DNA of 64,000 nucleotides from Utricularia gibba (taxonomy: Eukaryota; Plantae; Magnoliophyta), in the NCBI GenBank assembly GCA_002189035.1, contig NEEC01000004.1:5603866-5667865 (forward strand). The letters are read 5' to 3'. Position 1 is the first letter of the stretch. The number at the start of each line of letters is the position of its first letter. Positions 60,721-64,000 of this stretch are shown here, piece by piece. The translations under genes were made by a program, and so were the position numbers. The notes below the pieces were generated by a model. The model was not told the DNA's origin. It did not search any database and saw only the letters and a program-made list of their open reading frames with translations.

Positions 60721-62231
60721 CCCAAATTGAAACTGATATGGGTTGTGATCAAAATAAGTGGGAGCCATGTAACTCCATGTAATACTTGGACTCAGCGGAT
60801 CACAAATTTATTTTAAATCTTTTGACCATTATATCATCTAGAAACTCGTGTAGAATGCTGGTCCCGATTTATCCGATTACAGCTATAAGTGGGCTTCCCG
60901 GCAGCCAGGAAACCGCTCGATGACCGTTTAGGGTTGGTAGGGCCAATGGAGCAAGGAATTGTCATTATTCTTCTCATCATTCAAGGTCTTTTTCTAGATC
61001 ACTTTCTCCAACGGATGGTGGAATTATCAACTTTCGTAAATAGTTCCTAACGCATTCAAAATCATACTCGCGTTCTGCTCCGCATGATGAGAAACCTTAT
61101 TGACAAAGAGTTCAATCAGCTACCCATGAAGGCATTGGCGAGGCTGTTCATGTTAAAAGTCAGACTACCAGTCGACAAAGCAACTCAAGAACTCTGTTCA
61201 GGTATGATTATGACATGATACAGGCCTTGCATGGTGCACATGTGGGGTATCAAGCTTTTAGTCATTTTCTACTGTAGCTGAAACAGTAGATTCCCATTGA
61301 ACTGTTTGTACTTTGAGATACTGTTATTTTTTGCTAGCTCATGGCCATTTCTTTCATTCTGGACAGGGCTCGCTAACATGCATGGTCACGTCATTAACTG
61401 GGCGACCAGTATCTTGTTAGTATTGCACAACGTTTACGGCAGGTCAATCTGGGATTATGAGGATGCCTTGGCACAATGGACGAACGAGTGTGAGTAATAG
61501 TTGGGCGAGTTGTTGCATTGGCTGTGCATTTTTACACATTTGCTTCGCTGCTAGTCGCTTGTCATTTTGCTTGTTTTTCCAAACTGAATTATTTTCAATG
61601 TAGGGTTGCACTGCTAATTATTGGCCACATAATTAAGGGTCAGGACCGGGTTCGGGACGGTTCAAACGCTTTTTTTTTGAGTTGGAAGTCTGAGGATTTC
61701 ACTTTCCTCGTTATGGATAAGATCGGAGGAATTTCAAGAAAATCAGAATCGAAAGAATAGGCAGAGAAGAGTTACTCGGAACTCGAGAGTAGCAAGTTGA
61801 GCAAGGAAGAAGGGATACAGCTTGAGAGAGGGACCAAACGCAAGTTTATAAACCACTCGACTCCCAACGCCGAGCACCACTGTAATCGCCCAGCAAACAT
61901 CAGCTCCGGGTTCCCATCCATGCATCCATCATTGCTCAACATCGCCGCCTCCCGTTCTTCAACATATCCTCCACATCCGATTCCACTCTAAGATCCAGCC
62001 GCCGAATCGTTCACCAATGCTCGTGTTCGAATCACCGCAACTTCTTGCCGTTGATTCAACAGAGCGACGAGCGTTGTATGCCGATCGGATGAGAGAAACC
62101 GCGCGGCCCATATACTGTCGGCGGCGATGGAGTAATGCAGCCAGGCGCTGCATATCCACCATGTCTCTGCCAAAGGTGTGGCTGATCCCCGCATTCAAGG
62201 AAGTAGCAAAATCGCATTTGTTAAAGACGGC

Positions 62232-62299
62232 TAAGGGTTTAGATTTGGGTATTGAAGTTTATGAATAAGGGTTTAGGATTTAGTCGTTCGGGTTCAGTG
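62232..62299 (+). repeat. Decayed interstitial telomere-like tract (about 10 degenerate 6-7-mers)
   Basis: TAAGGG TTTAGAT TTGGGT ATTGAAG TTTATGA ATAAGGG TTTAGGA TTTAGTC GTTCGGG TTCAGTG, in the same orientation as the terminal array. Confidence 0.55.
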
Positions 62300-62534
62300 A
62301 TTCAATGTTTATGTTTTATATCTTTAATCTGTATTTTTTTAATCTAGTGGTTTTCTCATTCATTTACTAAAAGTATAGAATCCTGTCACACTCACGCATT
62401 CCTTGCTACTGCACTCAGCCCATAGGTTTCAAGATGTTGACCATTAGGGAGAATGCCGGAGTTCGTTTCGATTAGGTGAGCACGTTCATTGCGCGTCACG
62501 CTATCGTTCCTTCTGTCTCTGTTGCCGTTTGCAG

Positions 62535-63169
62535 GGGACGGCGGCGGCAGGAGGGAGTTTCTGGTGTTGTTTTTCGACGGCACGAAGGAGAAGTACGTTG
62601 GTCGTGTGACAATTACAGCAGAAATGCAGTAGAAGCCTTTTCAGGTGATGCTTGCGCAGAAGATCGGTATTTCGCCGAATCAGATTTTGATTCACCTGCT
62701 TGAGCGACGGAAGACGCCCCAACCACCGTTCTCAGTAAATCGACGGGGGATTCCGGTGACGGTGAAGGTAAATTTCGCTTTCGTGTCTAGTTTGAAGTAC
62801 ACTTTCGTTGCGATCCTGAAAACGCCGCGTAAGTCAAGAAACCGTCGGTAGACTCTAAAGGACCTCGAGTTCAAGAATATAATTTCAGAAAGGGAGATTT
62901 CTACCGACACTGCTGCTAAATCATCAGATTATTCTAAAGAGTGATCACGCTACTCCATTCTATATAGATATTTCATCTCCCGGTGCGGAGGATATGAATC
63001 GACATTTCCGATGGATGGAATTCAGATTCAGAATTTTCTGGCGCCAGTGACGCAGGCAAGAACATCCGAGTCTCAAACATCCACCTTGGATCCGAAACAT
63101 GACAGCGGAAAAAACCAAAAGACACCACGGAAAATAAAAGACCGAGAACAAAACAAGCGTTCACGACGT
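62535..63169 (+). pseudogene. Pseudogene of an uncharacterised plant protein family (recalled as DUF7138-like, unverified), running into the telomere
   Basis: One frame gives EFLVLFFDGTKEKYVGRV..., FQVMLAQKIGISPNQILIHL, GIPVTVKVNF and AILKTPRKSRNRR. There are only 3 stops (62630, 62849, 62942) in about 211 codons and no in-frame ATG start. Confidence 0.65.
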
Positions 63170-64000
63170 TAGGGTTATGGGTTTAGAGTTTGGGGATCGG
63201 TATTTAGGGTTTAAAGTTTAGGGTTAAGGGTTAGGGTTTAGCGGTTCATTAGGTTTAAGGTTTAGGGTTCAGGGTTAAGGGTTTAAGGTTTAGGGTTTAG
63301 GGTTTAGGGTTCAGGGTTTAGGGTTTAGGGTTCAGGGTTAGGGGTTAGGGTTTAGGGTTTAGGGATTAGGGTTTTAGGGATTAGGGTTAGGGTTTAGGGT
63401 TTAGGGTTTAGGGTTTAGGGTTTAGGGTTTAGGGTTTAGGGTTTAGGGTTTAGGGTTTAGGGTTTAGGGTTTAGGGTTTAGGGTTTAGGGTTTAGGGTTT
63501 AGGGTTTAGGGTTTAGGGTTTAGGGTTTAGGGTTTAGGGTTTAGGGTTTAGGGTTTAGGGTTTAGGGTTTTTAGGGTTTAGGGTTTAGGGTTTAGGGTTT
63601 AGGGTTTAGGGTTTAGGGTTTAGGGTTTAGGGTTTAGGGTTTAGGGTTTAGGGTTTAGGGTTTAGGGTTTAGGGTTTAGGGTTTAGGGTTTAGGGTTTAG
63701 GGTTTAGGGTTTAGGGTTTAGGGTTTAGGGTTTAGGGTTTAGGGTTTAGGGTTTAGGGTTTAGGGTTTAGGGTTTAGGGTTTAGGGTTTAGGGTTTAGGG
63801 TTTAGGGTTTAGGGTTTAGGGTTTAGGGTTTAGGGTTTAGGGTTTAGGGTTTAGGGTTTAGGGTTTAGGGTTTAGGGTTTAGGGTTTAGGGTTTAGGGTT
63901 TAGGGTTTAGGGTTTAGGGTTTAGGGTTTAGGGTTTAGGGTTTAGGGTTTAGGGTTTAGGGTTTTAGGGTTTAGGGTTTAGGGTTTAGGGTTTAGGGTTT
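63169..64000 (+). repeat. Telomere, Arabidopsis-type (TTTAGGG)n. Degenerate zone about 63169-63393, then a near-perfect array to the window end
   Basis: The G-rich strand runs 5'->3' toward the right end, the orientation of a true chromosome terminus. There are rare TTTTAGGG and TTTTTAGGG units. Confidence 0.98.

Noticed and set aside
61959-62198. Minus-strand ORFs in the subtelomere (MVDMQRLAALL...)
   Set aside because: No homology recognised in any frame. High local GC alone explains the ORF length.
62960-63164. Minus-strand ORFs resembling an organellar presequence next to the telomere
   Set aside because: They are antisense to the better-supported plus-strand pseudogene frame, and there is no room for a promoter.

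Overview
Gene-dense end of a chromosome arm from an angiosperm (eudicot-like genes) with a very compact genome. Introns are mostly about 80-200 nt and no transposon ORF is recognisable. The window holds 18 protein-coding genes: CSTF64 (3' part), PERK4-like kinase, SDH1, mitochondrial RPL6, ATG4, an FPP/DUF869 coiled-coil protein, PELOTA, CPK1/2-like, VPS60, EXO70A1, SMXL3-like, OFP13-like, PPR4, VAMP727, a membrane-anchored dual-specificity phosphatase, YIP1, GINT1 and PHF1. It also holds a heavily decayed eRF1 pseudogene, about 2.4 kb of subtelomeric coding debris and an Arabidopsis-type (TTTAGGG)n telomere in right-end orientation from about 63169 to the window end. I found no clearly new multi-gene system. 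The best leads are signs of gene erosion and chromosome-end remodelling: (i) GINT1 has a frameshift at the start of its GT64 domain plus loss of the DxD motif; (ii) PHF1 and VAMP727 have premature stops that leave fossil C-terminal tails; (iii) a pseudogene reading frame runs straight into the telomere, with an older decayed telomere-like tract about 0.9 kb inside it; (iv) several short tandem duplications, one with a templated filler and one with a conserved hairpin. The two single-base frameshifts lie in C-runs and could be long-read consensus errors. Gene names come from manual translation and recalled homology, not from database searches. The species is not determined.
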